A DNA stretch of 64,000 bases from Vicugna vicugna (lineage: Eukaryota), in the NCBI GenBank assembly GCA_013265495.1, contig MU058009.1, positions 622,001 through 686,000 on the forward strand, given 5' to 3'. Under the pieces are notes generated by a model, which had not been told where the DNA came from, did not search any database, and saw nothing but the letters and a program-made list of their open reading frames with translations. Every line of letters begins with the position of its first letter. The first letter of the stretch is position 1. Position numbers and translations under genes: made by a program. This document shows positions 48,126 to 60,295 of the stretch, piece by piece.

Positions 48126-51100
48126 CACGAAGGTGGAGGCAGCAGGGATGCCATTGCCTTCGAGAGGCAATATGAGTGCTCCCTGCAGGCAGTATCTGGT
48201 CCTATCTGTGCATCCCCCATCAGGATGTGGGGGGCATGTAGTTGGCCCCGCTGTGCTCAACACCAAGAACAAAGGAATGTACAGACGAATACACAGGGCT
48301 GGCTTGGCAGCCGTGAGCTTCCAGCACCCGTCCCGAGACAGAGATGACTTGAAGAGGAGACGCAGCTGTGAGAAGTGGTTTTTTTTTTTTTTTGGTCCCA
48401 GGAAGAGGTGCTCAGTACTGAAGTCCCATCATGTCTCTACAGTGGGGCTCTGTCCCCTCTGCCCCGTGCCGTGCTCACTGCTGAGCCTGGACCATCCGAC
48501 ACCCAGGGAGGATGAGCAGGGGACCCGAGGGTCCAAGGCAGCGTCCTCCTCTCAGAATGTGAGCGGCAGGAGTGGCATCCGGCCTGTACCCTCTTAGTCA
48601 TCTAAGCCCTAAACAGAGAGCACACAGACTTAGCAGAAGCCCCGCAGCCCGGGAGGAGGACCAGGACTCCGGCGTCTCCTATCCCCGAGGGGCCCTGGGG
48701 ACCTCCTGGAGCTGCTTGGGGTCTTCCTCACTTGCCTCAGCCGTAAAACAAAAGTAACCCTAATAAGGACCTTTCCCGCCTGAAGGCGGGTCCAGTCAGT
48801 GCTGCCAGGCTGGGAAAGGTGCTTCAGCCTGGCTGTTGGGCCACATGACCGTTGAACCTCACCCCAGAAGTTTCATTCATCTACCTGGTCAACGCTAACT
48901 TTTTGCAGTGGCCCACGGGGGTGGGGCCGGGGGGGTCCTTCCCGGGGCATTCCAACACTTTGCCGTCCTCTGGCAACGAGCCTTTCCCTCGCATGGCTGC
49001 AGCACCTGTAAAAGCTGCCAAGTTCCCTGTGCCAGAGCCAGAACTCAGGAGCCAGTTCCCAGACGGAAAGAACGGAGTAGAGGGCTTTTCTGCTGGGCAA
49101 ATGCCGTGACAGGAGAAGCCTGTCCTGGTGAGAAGGTACTGTTTTTGTGGTGAATCTTCCAGGGTTCATCTCCTCCCCTCTCTCCCCCGCCCACCTCTGG
49201 CCCAGATCGCTGATTCATCTCTTCTGAAAGCCAAGGATGGGGTGCTTACTAGGGTCTCACACAAACTGTGCCCCATCCCACTCACCCACTTCCTCCTGTT
49301 CCTGCCCCCCAGCTGTCTCCAACAGTCACTCGGAGGGTTTACGCGCCCTCCCTGGCCCCCAGGCAATGCAGATGTGCGGAGTGCCAGCTCCAGAAGTAAT
49401 TATGAGGACTGATGGTGGCAAGAGCGTGAAGCGGCTGTCCCGCGACCCACCCGGGGGCCTGTCAGAAATAGAAATAATCTTAATGAAAAGGCACATTCAC
49501 GTGCTGACCAAGCAAACTGGAGGGGAGATTTTAATAAGAGGACGAAGCGAAGCTGTCTTGGGGGAGGGGGGACGGGGAGGAGACTCAGAAAATGACACCC
49601 TCGTTTATGGGAACAGTTATTTCCCGGCCCCTTGCTCTCTTTTCAGTGACTCCAGGATGAGGCCAGGAGCCTCTTCTCCCCTGAAGTTAAGCAGGGAGCC
49701 ATTTACCAGAGACAGGACCCACCCAGGGCAAAAAGGGAAAATCACAAAATTGTCCTAAACGTGCATCTTCAGCATGCCAAGCTTCTCTTTTTTGGCCCCA
49801 CCTTCCCTCCCATTGAGCTCAGATTCTCTCCCTCCACCTCGCGCCCTCTCACCTTATCCTGAGCTGCAAACCCACCGATGGACTGAGGATTCCTTTCAGC
49901 CAGGCCTTGCCTTGTTCCCAGAAACCAGCACGGCGCCTGCCCGGGACCAGCTGCTTTTCAAATATCTGTGAAAGGAATGAAAACCTCTTCTCAAAGCCCC
50001 CAGTCACACCTAGATGTGAACGGCCGATAATCAGTTAGAGCTTTACCTCTTCTGGGACGTCTGTAGTTTAAAAACAGATCAAAGCAACAGGGGAGGAAGT
50101 TCAGTTCGATTAAATGGTGGAATTCCAAATGGCATTCGATCCTTCCTTTGAGCCAAGGCCCTTCTCCATCCTCGAAACCAAATCACAAGAGCCCCTGGCG
50201 GAGGCCCATCGGGGCTCCTGGAAATGGGCGGGAACTGCCCTCTGCTTTTGCAAAGAGCAGCTGTCAGTTTAGATGCATCTAAGGCCTTCTCCTGGAGGGG
50301 AAGGTGCAAAGCCTGCACTGGCTTCTGTGCTTCCTGAAATCATTCCATTTAAATGCAGATTGGGAGTCTTCCTTCCTCTAAATGGTCACAGAGAAGACAG
50401 AGCAAAGTTGAAATGAGAATTTCCTTAAGAAGAAAAGGAGCAGTTTGGCAGGGTCCCCCGTCTCTCTCCACGGCAGCGCACCCCACCCGACTGCCCCCCA
50501 CCCCTCAGCCTTTCTCAGCTCCAGCCTCCCCAGTTTCTCGCTTCTTCATTATGCAAATCCCTCAAGCAGCTGGTATCCTCACAGCCTGAAGGGAGAGAAT
50601 CCAGCCCCACGCCCTGTGGTTCTCTGCTTCCTCCTGTCTCTTTCTCCGCCCCGGCCAAGCCCTTTAATTTCAGACCCCAGGTAAAATGAAAGGCCACGTT
50701 GCGGGGAAATGAACAGGAGGAGGCCGAGATCATTAAAAAGAAGACCTTTCTCAACTTTGGATTTTCAAGAGACATTTGAAAAATTCCTCAGTTCTGAACA
50801 GCTGGCCAAGGCAAAGAAAGTCTCTCCCAGAACAAAGCTGAGCTTGCTCTGTTGCCTGGGAATCTTGACCCTTGGGTTCTATTCCTGACTCTCCCGTGAT
50901 CTGGTGCTGGAGATAGCTGGCTGGTTTCCACTGGCTATTTTTATCATATTTAGGAGCCAGTTGGGTAGTTTGGCCCATGTTTGTCCGCCAGGGGGCTAAT
51001 GAAGGTTTTGAGGCAGGTGGGGGTCCCGGCTGAGACATCCTCTGGCTCTCAGCTCACTGACGGCTGTAATGGAAGAAGTGGACAGGTGTCCAAGAGCAGA

Positions 51101-51677
51101 GTCAGACCAGGTTACCCTTTATATGTCTGTGGGCTGCCAACCTCTATCTGGGAGGAAGGATAACTCATTACCTGAGAAATTCTAACAGCTTGCCATGAGG
51201 CCCCTCCTAAAACAAAGTCCTCCACGTCTACATCACTCTCCTAAGCTGCAAGGCCCCTGACTCTCTCAGAAGGACAGAGGTCATGAATCGGAGACAGTGC
51301 AAAAATAAAACCCTTCCTGGTCCCATCTTCCTTTGTCCCAGTGGCTTCAACCTCTTGCTTGGGAGCGTGACACTGAAACCAGAAATAGCTTTAAGAAGAC
51401 TTCAGACAAGTTCATGGAAAATAGAGCCAAAAATGATTACTGCAGGGAAAGGCAGAAGGCCTCAGTGCTCCATGTCTAGGTGGGTCCGTGGAAAGAATAT
51501 GGCAAAATGGGAGTCAGGATGCTTGGATGCTAGTTTCAGTGTAAACAGGAAGGGGTTTTAGTTGCTTAATGAGGTCACTATGCCCCTCTGGGTCTTTGTT
51601 TCTGCAGCTCCAAAATGAATGGGTGGTCTACACGATTCCACGCCTTTCCAACCCTGACATTTCCAGAGAAAATGAAG

Positions 51678-51736
51678 AGTGTGTGCATGTGTGTGTGTGT
51701 GTGTGCGCGTGTGCATGTGTGCACGTGCACATGTAC
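51678..51736. repeat. (TG/CG/CA) alternating purine-pyrimidine microsatellite
   Basis: Directly visible. Confidence 0.9.
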
Positions 51737-51754
51737 AAAACACTGAATTGATGC

Positions 51755-52711
51755 TGTAGGGGAGAATAAAGAATTTTCCTCTACCCTCTTAGTTCTGTGG
51801 CTGGGGCTTATGGATTGAACTGACAAAAGACAGATTAACAGAAGAAAAGCATACGCATTTTATTTAATATTTTTTCGTGCATGTGGGAGCCTTCATAGGA
51901 AAAATGAAGATCTGAAAGGGAGGTTAAGACTGAGAGCTTATATACCTTTTTTAACAAAGAAAGATAACTTTGTGCAGAAGTGACAAGACAAAGGAAAGGG
52001 GGGTTAAGCTTCTCGGGGTCAGTCCATTGCGAGAAAGTGACTAGGAAGTGTAAGGGGGAACGAACAGAAGATCACGGCTATTCTGGTAGATTTGTTTGTA
52101 TGGGTCCATTTCGGCGCTGACTCCTGGTTTCTGGTGATAAGAATGTTCCTTTCTTCCCAGTGCAGAGGGGACACATTTCTCATGGGAAATTTTACATCCT
52201 GCTTTCAGATACTTTCACAAAAGAAATGACAGGCCCGATATGGAGTCACTTATGCCAAGCCCCACATCAGCAAACCAAGACTTAATCCCTAACCTCATTG
52301 CAGCTACAACCTTCCCCAGGAAAAGCAGTCTTAACCAGACAGTCTGGAACTTTCTGGTCTTCAGCAATGAAGTGATCTGCCGTGGAGGCCCCTTCTATTC
52401 CCCGTGGGCAGGTACCTAAGCCTGAAACATCCACTCTTTCCCCTCTTCTGCCAATAAAAGCCTTCCATTTTGTACAGCTCCTCAGAGTGCCTCTCTGCTT
52501 GCAAGATGGGAAGTTGCCCTATTCATGAATCATTTAATAAAGCCAATTAGATCTTGAAATTTAAAAATTATTGATTTTTTGTTATTTAATATTAGAGAAG
52601 GGGAGGGAAGAGGGGCCTTTAAGCCCCTGCTGTTTTTTAAGTGCTTTCAGCTCAAGCTAATCGACATGCCAAAGTGATGTATTTTGGGGTGGCACGTTCT
52701 GAACTTCTTCC
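51755..52711 (-). mobile_element. ERV1 solo LTR, MER34-like, split by a nested LTR
   Basis: Right end reverse-complements to gttcagaacgtgccaccccaaaatacatcactttggcatg...ttgagctgaaagca (MER34-type 5' end); left end tgtaggggag...aactgacaaaagacagattaacagaagaaaagcatac. Confidence 0.85.
52213..52591 (+). mobile_element. Second ERV1-type solo LTR nested in the MER34-like LTR
   Basis: caggcccgatatggagtcacttatgccaagcccc start motif; TATA-position caataaaagcc; AATAAA at 52536-52541; ends ttgttatttaata. Confidence 0.75.
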
Positions 52712-53664
52712 CTGACCGTGTCTCTCTCTCCCGAGGGAACACAAAGGCCAGAATGGTCCAGGGAATGGACAAGGCCTGCTCTCTGTCTGGCCTCTGTCTG
52801 GCCTGCAAATCTTTTTTCTCTTTTCTTTTCTCTCCTCCCTTTCCTTCCCTCTCTTCCTTTAGCTGGAAACCCAACCATCAGACTCGTGAAATGAAGAAAG
52901 GAAAGTGAAGATGCTCCAAAATGCTTATTTAGTCAATGCCAAGATATCAAAAGAGCATTTGACACAAATAGGGTACCCAGTTACCATAGATCTTATGAAG
53001 CTTATTCAAAGAATGTAATGAAAGAAAATCAAATTATGAATCATTCAGGGCGATGCAAAGGATCTCTCCCATTCTTATTCTTTTGTTCTCTTTGCTATCT
53101 CAGGAGAGAAAAATAGATGAGAAATCACAGCAGCGAGTAAGGAAATATTACAGAAAGGAAAGGGGTAAGAGTGAGGAGGGTCAGAAAAAGATCCAAGGTT
53201 AGGAGATGAACATAAATAAGGGCCATGCACCTGTATCAGCAAAATACAATGTTGATGAAAGGGGCACCAAGGAAGATGTTCCTGGGGACACATCTTTAAA
53301 CTGGTGGTGGGGAGAGCGGTCTGCAGGGAAAGAGAGGGTAGTGGGACGGACCAAAGCACACACCAAGGTCAAGCTTTCCTGCTTTGCTATTCTGCTGGAA
53401 ACCAAAGGAGCTGGGTCTTTGGTCTGATGGGCATCCATGTGACCCAGCAGGGCATCACTGTGTCCCCAGAACACTGCCGGAGGCAGCCTCGCCACTCCAC
53501 TCCACACCCTCAGCTCGGGTCAGTTCTGCTGTCGCAACACGAGTCACCCTCTGCTGGGTCTTGACTCATTAAATCCCTTTTCCAAAGTGTCTTCCAAAGA
53601 TCCTGCCTCTCTCCACGCTATCTGTGTTCAAGACCAGGTCCTTGTCTCTGCAGGACGCTGATCT

Positions 53665-53850
53665 GCAAACTCTGGGGTGTGGCCCAGACCCACCTGCCTT
53701 TGACTCAGACTCCTTTGACTGATTTGGGGCAATGTAGTTCCTTCTTTGATAAAGTAACATTAATAATAAACTGTCTACCCTGAAGGCTTGTGGTTGGGAT
53801 TAAGTGAGATCATGAATGTGGAAGGGTTTAGTGTGGAGAGGTGTTCAGCC
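53665..53850 (+). mobile_element. MIR SINE
   Basis: tctaccctgaaggcttgtggttgggattaagtgagatcatgaatgtggaagggtttag. Confidence 0.7.
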
Positions 53851-54699
53851 ATCCTGGGTAGCCCAGTTTCCCCGAGCCACTCGAGCCGCTGAGATCAGGA
53901 AGCAGCAAGAAGCACTGTGAAGACAACTGTCTAAATATCCTGGTATCCGGAACCCCCCCACCACCCGCACCTCTGGTCACCGGTGCCCCAGGGGCTTCCT
54001 GTAGGATTCGGATCTATCTCTAAGTGCCTCTGGTTATGTATATGTGATATGTGAAGATTAATAGGCAGTTTCACCAAAATAGTGGGAGACTGCTTAAAGC
54101 CGGGAACCCTCATGCGTATTTGCTGATTATAAAATAGGCTTGCTCTCAGGAGCGTGAAAATGGCTAACCCAGAGTTACAGAAGGCCACATCTTTCCGAGA
54201 GGAGAACCCGGGCACCAGGTACAAACATACTGCTTACAGACTGCAACATTTCTCCCCTTCAAAAGGCTCCTGGCTACATTTTTCCATTTCCTTCTTTGGA
54301 GGTGACAGGCTTGAGTAAGAGAGAGACAGAGGCACATGCAGACATTATATCATCTCTTATTTTCACCTTTTCTTCTTTTCCAAGTGGGAGTCAGCACATT
54401 TACAACTTCCGAAGTGATGCTGGGGGCAGAAGCGTGTGTCCTGTGTATCTCCCACTGGGCTCTTCTTGGCCTGCCTGGGCTCGGAAGAAGCCAGGACAGG
54501 AAACCAAGGAAGGCAGACGCCTAGCCTTTTCCCGGGACTTTTTCCTTCCTCCTCAGAGTAGTTCTTCCCCAAGGAGGTGGCGGAAAGAAAAAGGTCATGG
54601 AGAGGCCAAAACTTAGCAGTGTCATTTTTAGGATGCTGTGCAGTGCTTGCCTTAGTTTTTCTTTTATTTGTGTGGATTGCTTATTTATCCTCAGCTCAA

Positions 54700-55090
54700 T
54701 GGTAAAACACATCAAAACTCATGTTCTATATTCTCTCCTAGTGAGTCCTTCTCATCGTGGGGGTGTTCATTTCATCTTCTCTCTCCTCTGTTCAAAATCT
54801 TCTTTTAGCTCGTTTCCTTCCATGTGTAAAACCTCTTTAAGAACTTTGTAAAGCTCCCATTCCTCTGTTGTGTGCCATCCTCTTACTACCTCTACACAAT
54901 TTTATGCTATAATAATTAGTACTATTATTATATGTGTATATATATATATATATATTCCTTACACACGCTGAGATCTCATTGCATTCTACATGTGTGTGTT
55001 TCATGCGCTGAGATCTCATCGTATTGTGTGTGTGTGTTCCCTGTGTCTGCCTTGTTCATCAAACTGTACCTAGAACCCTTCCTAGCAGAT
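54700..55090 (+). mobile_element. L2 LINE fragment with (TA)n and local duplication
   Basis: Pyrimidine-rich L2-like body, ctgtgtctgccttgttcatcaaactgtacctagaaccc near the 3' end. Confidence 0.55.
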
Positions 55091-55614
55091 TGTGAGGGTC
55101 CTGGGAAATTACCCCACGATTCTGTCTAGGTGAAATCTGATTAAACAATGATGCTGTGTTAATCAAAGGAGCCTGGAGAGGCAACAGCAGGGAAACAATG
55201 ATCTGGCAAACATGCTGGAGGAGGAAGATATCACAAAATGTAAGAAGCCCAAGGGGCTGCCAGGAGGGATGGAGCCGCAGCTGGCTACATCTTGTAGCCT
55301 ACCTGCTAGCTGACCTCTTTCTTTTTTCAACAGGGAAGAGGGAGCCTGAATGTGTGAACCCTTGCCCACCACTCATGTTTGTTTTTCTCAGAATGGTTTT
55401 CATAGTAAGTTCTTTATGATGAGGACTGAGAGCCTCTGGGGCTGCAGAGAGATTGCTACGGGCCTCTGAAGGCAAGTGTAAACCGATATTGCCCACAGAC
55501 TGTACACATGAACGTGCAACTACCTCTCAGTAAAATTTCTAAAATTTTTTTAAAGGGAAGGTGGGTATAAAAAGAGGCTTTTATATTTGAAAAGAATTGG
55601 GAATTATTCAGTAA

Positions 55615-55825
55615 GTAAAAGAGCAAAGCTTCTGTAATTGTGCAGACCTGAGGTGGATTCCAGGTCTGGCTCTTTCCAGCTACAACTTAGATGAATCCAG
55701 TGGCCTCACCTTTCTGACTCCGGGTGAAGTGAGGTTAAAGAATGCCTATCTGGAGGGGTTGTGGTGAATTAGACACAACGTAGGAAAGTGGTAATGCCTC
55801 ATTGGGAGCTACTGGTGTTAATATT
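55615..55825 (+). mobile_element. MIR SINE
   Basis: gcagacctgaggtggattccaggtctggc...aatgcctatctggaggggttgtggtgaattag. Confidence 0.65.
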
Positions 55826-56025
55826 TCCCCATGTACAGTGTCCAGCACACTTCACTTTGTATTGGCGGAAGTACAGATAATTGCATTAAAATATCATTGT
55901 GCCCTGAGTCCTTGGTCTCATCCTTATGGTATTGTTTCCACCCCTACTTTCTCTACAGGCTTTGTGCTCCAGCATCCCACTGTGCACCCGGGCCCTCTGT
56001 GGGGCTGGTCCTGCTCTGGTCTTAA

Positions 56026-56522
56026 TGTTGCAGAAAAATGTGTTACAGCTCAATTGTAACAGCAACCTGGATCTGGGCAAGAGGCCAAGCAGCACTTTGG
56101 AGAGTTGGAGAACTCAGCTTTACTACACAAACAGACCCAGAGGAGTTCACACTCCTAGCTCTGGACCCTGTGTGTAGGTTTACACAGGCTTTTATATGCT
56201 GACAGTTTACACTTTGCAACATCACATGTAAAAAAGGTATAACAAAAGTTGATTAATTAGGAACAAGCTTTGTAGAAACGGACCAATCAGGAGGGAGAGA
56301 AATAACTAATCAGGAGGGAGGGAAATGGACCAATCAGGAGTGAAGGAAATAACCAATCAGGAGTGAGCTCAGGGAACCAATAGAATTTTAGGGATAAGTA
56401 AGCCAGTTCAGAGGCAAAAAGTAAGATAGAGCATCTGGGCCAGGGAACCGGATGGTGCTGGCAGGATAGTGGTGGCCCTGCCTGGGGGTCCTGCCAGTGT
56501 CTTTATGGGGCTTCCCACCTCA
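56026..56522 (-). mobile_element. ERV1-class solo LTR, 497 bp, with CCAAT array in U3
   Basis: TG at 56026 and CA at 56522; 4-bp TSD TTAA (56022-56025, 56523-56526); minus-strand TATAAAA (56190-56196), AGTAAA poly(A)-like signal (56119-56124), U5 motif GAGCTGTAACAC. Confidence 0.9.
56280..56383. repeat. Tandem 23/24-bp repeat carrying CCAAT boxes
   Basis: CCAAT at 56283, CTAAT at 56306, CCAAT at 56330, 56353, 56377; unit core ACCAATCAGGAG. Confidence 0.95.
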
Positions 56523-57171
56523 TTAAGAGTGAAGATCTGAACCCTCAGTCTTCTCCTGGGACCAGCAAGAGGGAGCCGCACACCCCGTCCCATATCCCTC
56601 TGCAACCTTGTTATTCTTCCCATGGCACCTTCTTATCCGTGTCTGGTGGAATGTCTCTACCATCTCTTTCTTTTAAACATCGTACCTAACATGAACCAAA
56701 ACAAGAAAACGGGGCCAGTCAGTAACGACCGTGCGGAGAACAAGAGCCAGGCAAGCACTGTGGGGCCCAGGCTGTCGGAGTGGCCATGCTATTTAAGTCC
56801 CATCTCGTACCACTGTAGCAAGTAAATTGGATTGCTGAGCGAGAGGGGAAAAAAAAAATGACATATTTCTCTTGTCGTGGAAGGAACTAAAAGGCTCTTT
56901 TCTGATTTTCAGATTCTGGTCATGCAGCCCAAACCTCTTCTTATCTGCTTTTGTATATTTTTTTTTAACATCTCATGATGAGGTTTGATCTTCTTAAAGG
57001 CTTTGATTAAATAGTCTTTGCACTCCCCGACGTGCAAGATCATCATTTTCTACGGGAAGATGTCTCGTATAGACTTTAGAAGGAAAATGTTATTTTCGCC
57101 CTCCAGCCATAATGGGCTTTTCATCCTCAGCATTACTATTATTATTGTTATTTTATTTTTGACAGAGAGAC

Positions 57172-57690
57172 AGGGGGGAACGCCTCTCCCCGCCCAGCCG
57201 GGCCCTGCCGGCGCCCCTCCGCAGCCCTAGGCGGGAGGCCGGGCGGTGCGCGGTCCGCTCCACCTTTGCCTTTGACCCGCGGGCACGCTAATGGAAGAAC
57301 CGCGGCCGCAAGTTCACGGGCAGCAGTGCGCCCTCCCGCCGGAGGCCAGCAGCGCCCCACCCGGAGCAGACATCGAGGGGTTCCAGCTGCCTCTCAGAGG
57401 CCGCCAGCGTTTCCAGGACGTGCATTTGTCCTTGTGTTTGGACTGGAGGGTGACGCCAAGGGGGCTCAAGTCTTGGGAGCAGATCCAGAATCTCAAAAAC
57501 AAAAACCCTGAAGTCTTCCTCTAGTGGAAGTCCTAAGGAGCCCACACATCCCCAGTGGAATGTCCAGACGGAGCACTGCAAAGAAGGCCGCGCCAGTCGC
57601 CCACGAAGGCGGCCCTGAGATGCGAAACGTGGGGATTTTAGCAGCAGGTCCAGTTGCTGCCCGGCTCTCCCCACGGGCCATGCTGCCGGC
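57172..57690. promoter_or_regulatory. Orphan CpG-rich island
   Basis: Dense CpG 57172-57420 including GCGGCCGC and GC boxes (CCCCGCCC, GGGCGG), second CpG patch 57585-57690. Confidence 0.55.
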
Positions 57691-58806
57691 TTTTCTTACA
57701 CATACAGCTTCATTCCCTGACCCACAGTGTTAGGTCGTCAAGAGGAAAAACTGCATCTCCCTCTTTCTCAGTGTGTATTTCACGCAGAACAATTCAAGGC
57801 ACACAGTAGGGACTTAATCCATCTTTGCCCGTCAGATCCTAGTGTATCGGGATGGGTGGGTGGGGGCAGCTCCCTCAGCTCCCTCAGCTCCCTCGGTACC
57901 TGGGACTTCCTCTGAGGTTTTGCACAGGCGGGTCTGCGCTGGTGCTGACAGTCAGCGCACGCAGAAGAGGCATCAGAAGCTTCCCACCTGCCTCACCAGG
58001 GAACCGTGAGGCTGTGTGAGCTCATGTCTAGGAAGCACTTAGCGCATTTAACGCGCACACACACACACACACAGAGCACTGAGCTATTACTGCCCCCACC
58101 TCGTCGACCTGCTGGAACGGAAGTTTCCCAGGCTCTCTCTGGCACTTCCTCCTGAAAATCGTCTGAGGAGCTGCTCCCTGCCCTTCATTCAGCTTTCGGC
58201 TTCCAATTCCATTGTCCAGAGTCGGAGAGCGGGGGTCAGAGATAATGAAGGGAAGGTTAGCCAGACCTCATTGCCCCTCAGATAATTAAGAGACCCAAGT
58301 ATGAGGGATTATTTATCTTTCTGGTCTCCATCAAATGCCAGGCTCTGCATTTTTTCCATAAGCCTTTCACTGTGGTTGGATAAAAAGGCATATTGTTCTT
58401 TTCTTTTCTCGCAACAACGGCCCCCAGAGAGAGGCTCATTCAGTTGTGGTCCTGGGAGAAAACGAGTGACCCGGCAGGGCTATGCCTCCGGTGGCCGAGA
58501 GCTCTGCGGGCGTCTGAATCTGGTCTCTCATCCTCGTTCGCAGGCTCACCCTGGGGTGAGGCTCCAGAGATTTGGAACTTGATTTCGCAAAGCATCATGT
58601 GTGTACCTGATCAGTGATGGGGACCCCGGGACACGTGCCTGAGTGACCAGGTGACTTGTTTTCCTAGGCTCTTCCTGGCCTGGGGTTCAGACCTCGCTTG
58701 GGATTCAGAGAAGGTGAAGAGCAGAGGTTTGCCAACTCACGTGCTTCTGAAGCCCGTATCATCCAGCATAATGACAGACTCTGGGGCAGTTCAAGTCCCA
58801 GTCCCC

Positions 58807-58863
58807 GTGTGTGAGTGTGTCTGTGTGTGAGTGTGTCTGTGTGTGAGTGTGTCTGTGCGTGAG
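58807..58863. repeat. 16-bp minisatellite GTGTGTGAGTGTGTCT x3.5
   Basis: Three perfect copies at 58807, 58823, 58839 plus a partial copy. Confidence 0.95.
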
Positions 58864-59089
58864 AGAGAGACAGGGAGACATAGACTGGCTGCTGGTTTGA
58901 AACCATGTAACGCTGTGGCACTTCATCCTGGCCTGGGTCTCATAGCCTGTTCCAGCTGCTCAGGAGCACAGCTTGAAAAGATGTGCGGTTGAAATGCTGA
59001 CTGTAGCTAGACAGGCAGCCAGCCTCACACAGTTAACAAAGAAAAGGGCCCCTCCCTGCTTTTCCTACAGTTCTTGTTTTTCCCAAAAC

Positions 59090-59440
59090 TATTTCTCTTC
59101 TTCCAGAGAAAAAGGAAATGTGCAGAAAAGCAATTAATTATAACTACACACGTGCTGGAGTACGGAAGAACTAGTCACAAAGAGTTTTCAGGTCCCAAAA
59201 TTGTCTAATAAAAAACTACCCAACAACACCATAATTTTTGGAGGAAGTTAAATTTTTTATAGAGTTTGGTGATAAGAAAAATTTGCTAAAAGCGAGCATT
59301 CTTAATCACTGCACTGTCACTTTGCAAAGTAATTGTGGAATTAGAAATAATTACACGCTAAAGAAGGAAAATGAAACAATCTGCCTTATGATATTTTAAA
59401 ATAGAATTATGATCCTGGTTTGTCTCATAAGTCAAAAAGA
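59090..59440. promoter_or_regulatory. Candidate conserved non-coding element
   Basis: Repeat-free AT-rich block, CAATTAATTA, TAATTA/TAATTG, TGATAA, AACAAT motifs. Confidence 0.4.
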
Positions 59441-59760
59441 AGCCAAGCACGAACTTGTGGGTGATGTCTCATCCTGGGGTCTTGGAAACTTAGTCGAAGC
59501 TCCTAAGGAGGAGACTTGGCTGGCTGAGCCCCAGGTAGCTCTGGCACCTGAGTGCATAGGGAGTTAGGGTTTAGGAATGTGCAGGACATGGGGTCTTCGG
59601 GATGGGGCGCCCTATCTTCCAGGCGGTGCTGTGGTACCACTAAGACTCGGGCTGTGAACTGCGTGGTGAGTCGCTCTCTGAACACTCTTGTGGCAAAACT
59701 TCCACATCTCTGCCCGTTAAGTCACGTTATAAGCAGTCCCAGCCAGCCCCAGATAATCAG

Positions 59761-60295
59761 GGTATTAGTCAGGATTCTTGAGAGAAACACAGAACCAATA
59801 AGATATATACACACACATATATAATATATAATATGTATGTAAATACAAGAGGAGATTTATTGCAGGAATTGGCTGGTGTGGCCACAGTGGCCGGGGAGTC
59901 CCACAGTGTGTCCTCTGCAGCTGGAGAACTAGGGAAGCCACTTGTGTGATTCATCCTAAGGCCAAAGCCCTGAGAACCAAGGGCCACTGGTGTCAAGTCC
60001 CCCAGTCCACAGACCTGAGACCCAGGAGCTTCAGTGTTCAAGGCCAGCAGAAGACGATCATCCCGGCCCAAGGAGAGAGAGAGAGAGCTCCCCCTTCCTC
60101 TGCATTTCTGTTCTATTCGGGCCTTGGTGGATGGGCTGTTGCCCACACTGGGGAGGGCAGAGCTTCACCCAGCGAACTGAGTCACATGCTGCTGTCTTCT
60201 GGAAACACCTTCACGGATGCTTCCAGAAACAGCTTTCACCAGCTACCCGGGCATCCTTAGCCCAGTCAAGCTGACACAGAAGATGAGTCTCCACA
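59761..60295 (-). mobile_element. ERVL MLT2-type solo LTR
   Basis: gtattagtcaggattcttgagagaaacacagaaccaataag start, internal TA/CA tract, end gggcatccttagcccagtcaagctgacacagaagatgagtctccaca; 5-bp TSD-like ATCAG/ATGAG. Confidence 0.9.

Noticed and set aside
56280..56383. CRISPR-like regularly spaced repeat
   Set aside because: Spacers are short and similar to each other, the array lies in an LTR U3 in mammalian DNA, and no cas genes are present
56022..56526. piggyBac element suggested by TTAA TSD
   Set aside because: Ends are TG..CA with LTR promoter and poly(A) layout, not CCC..GGG terminal inverted repeats
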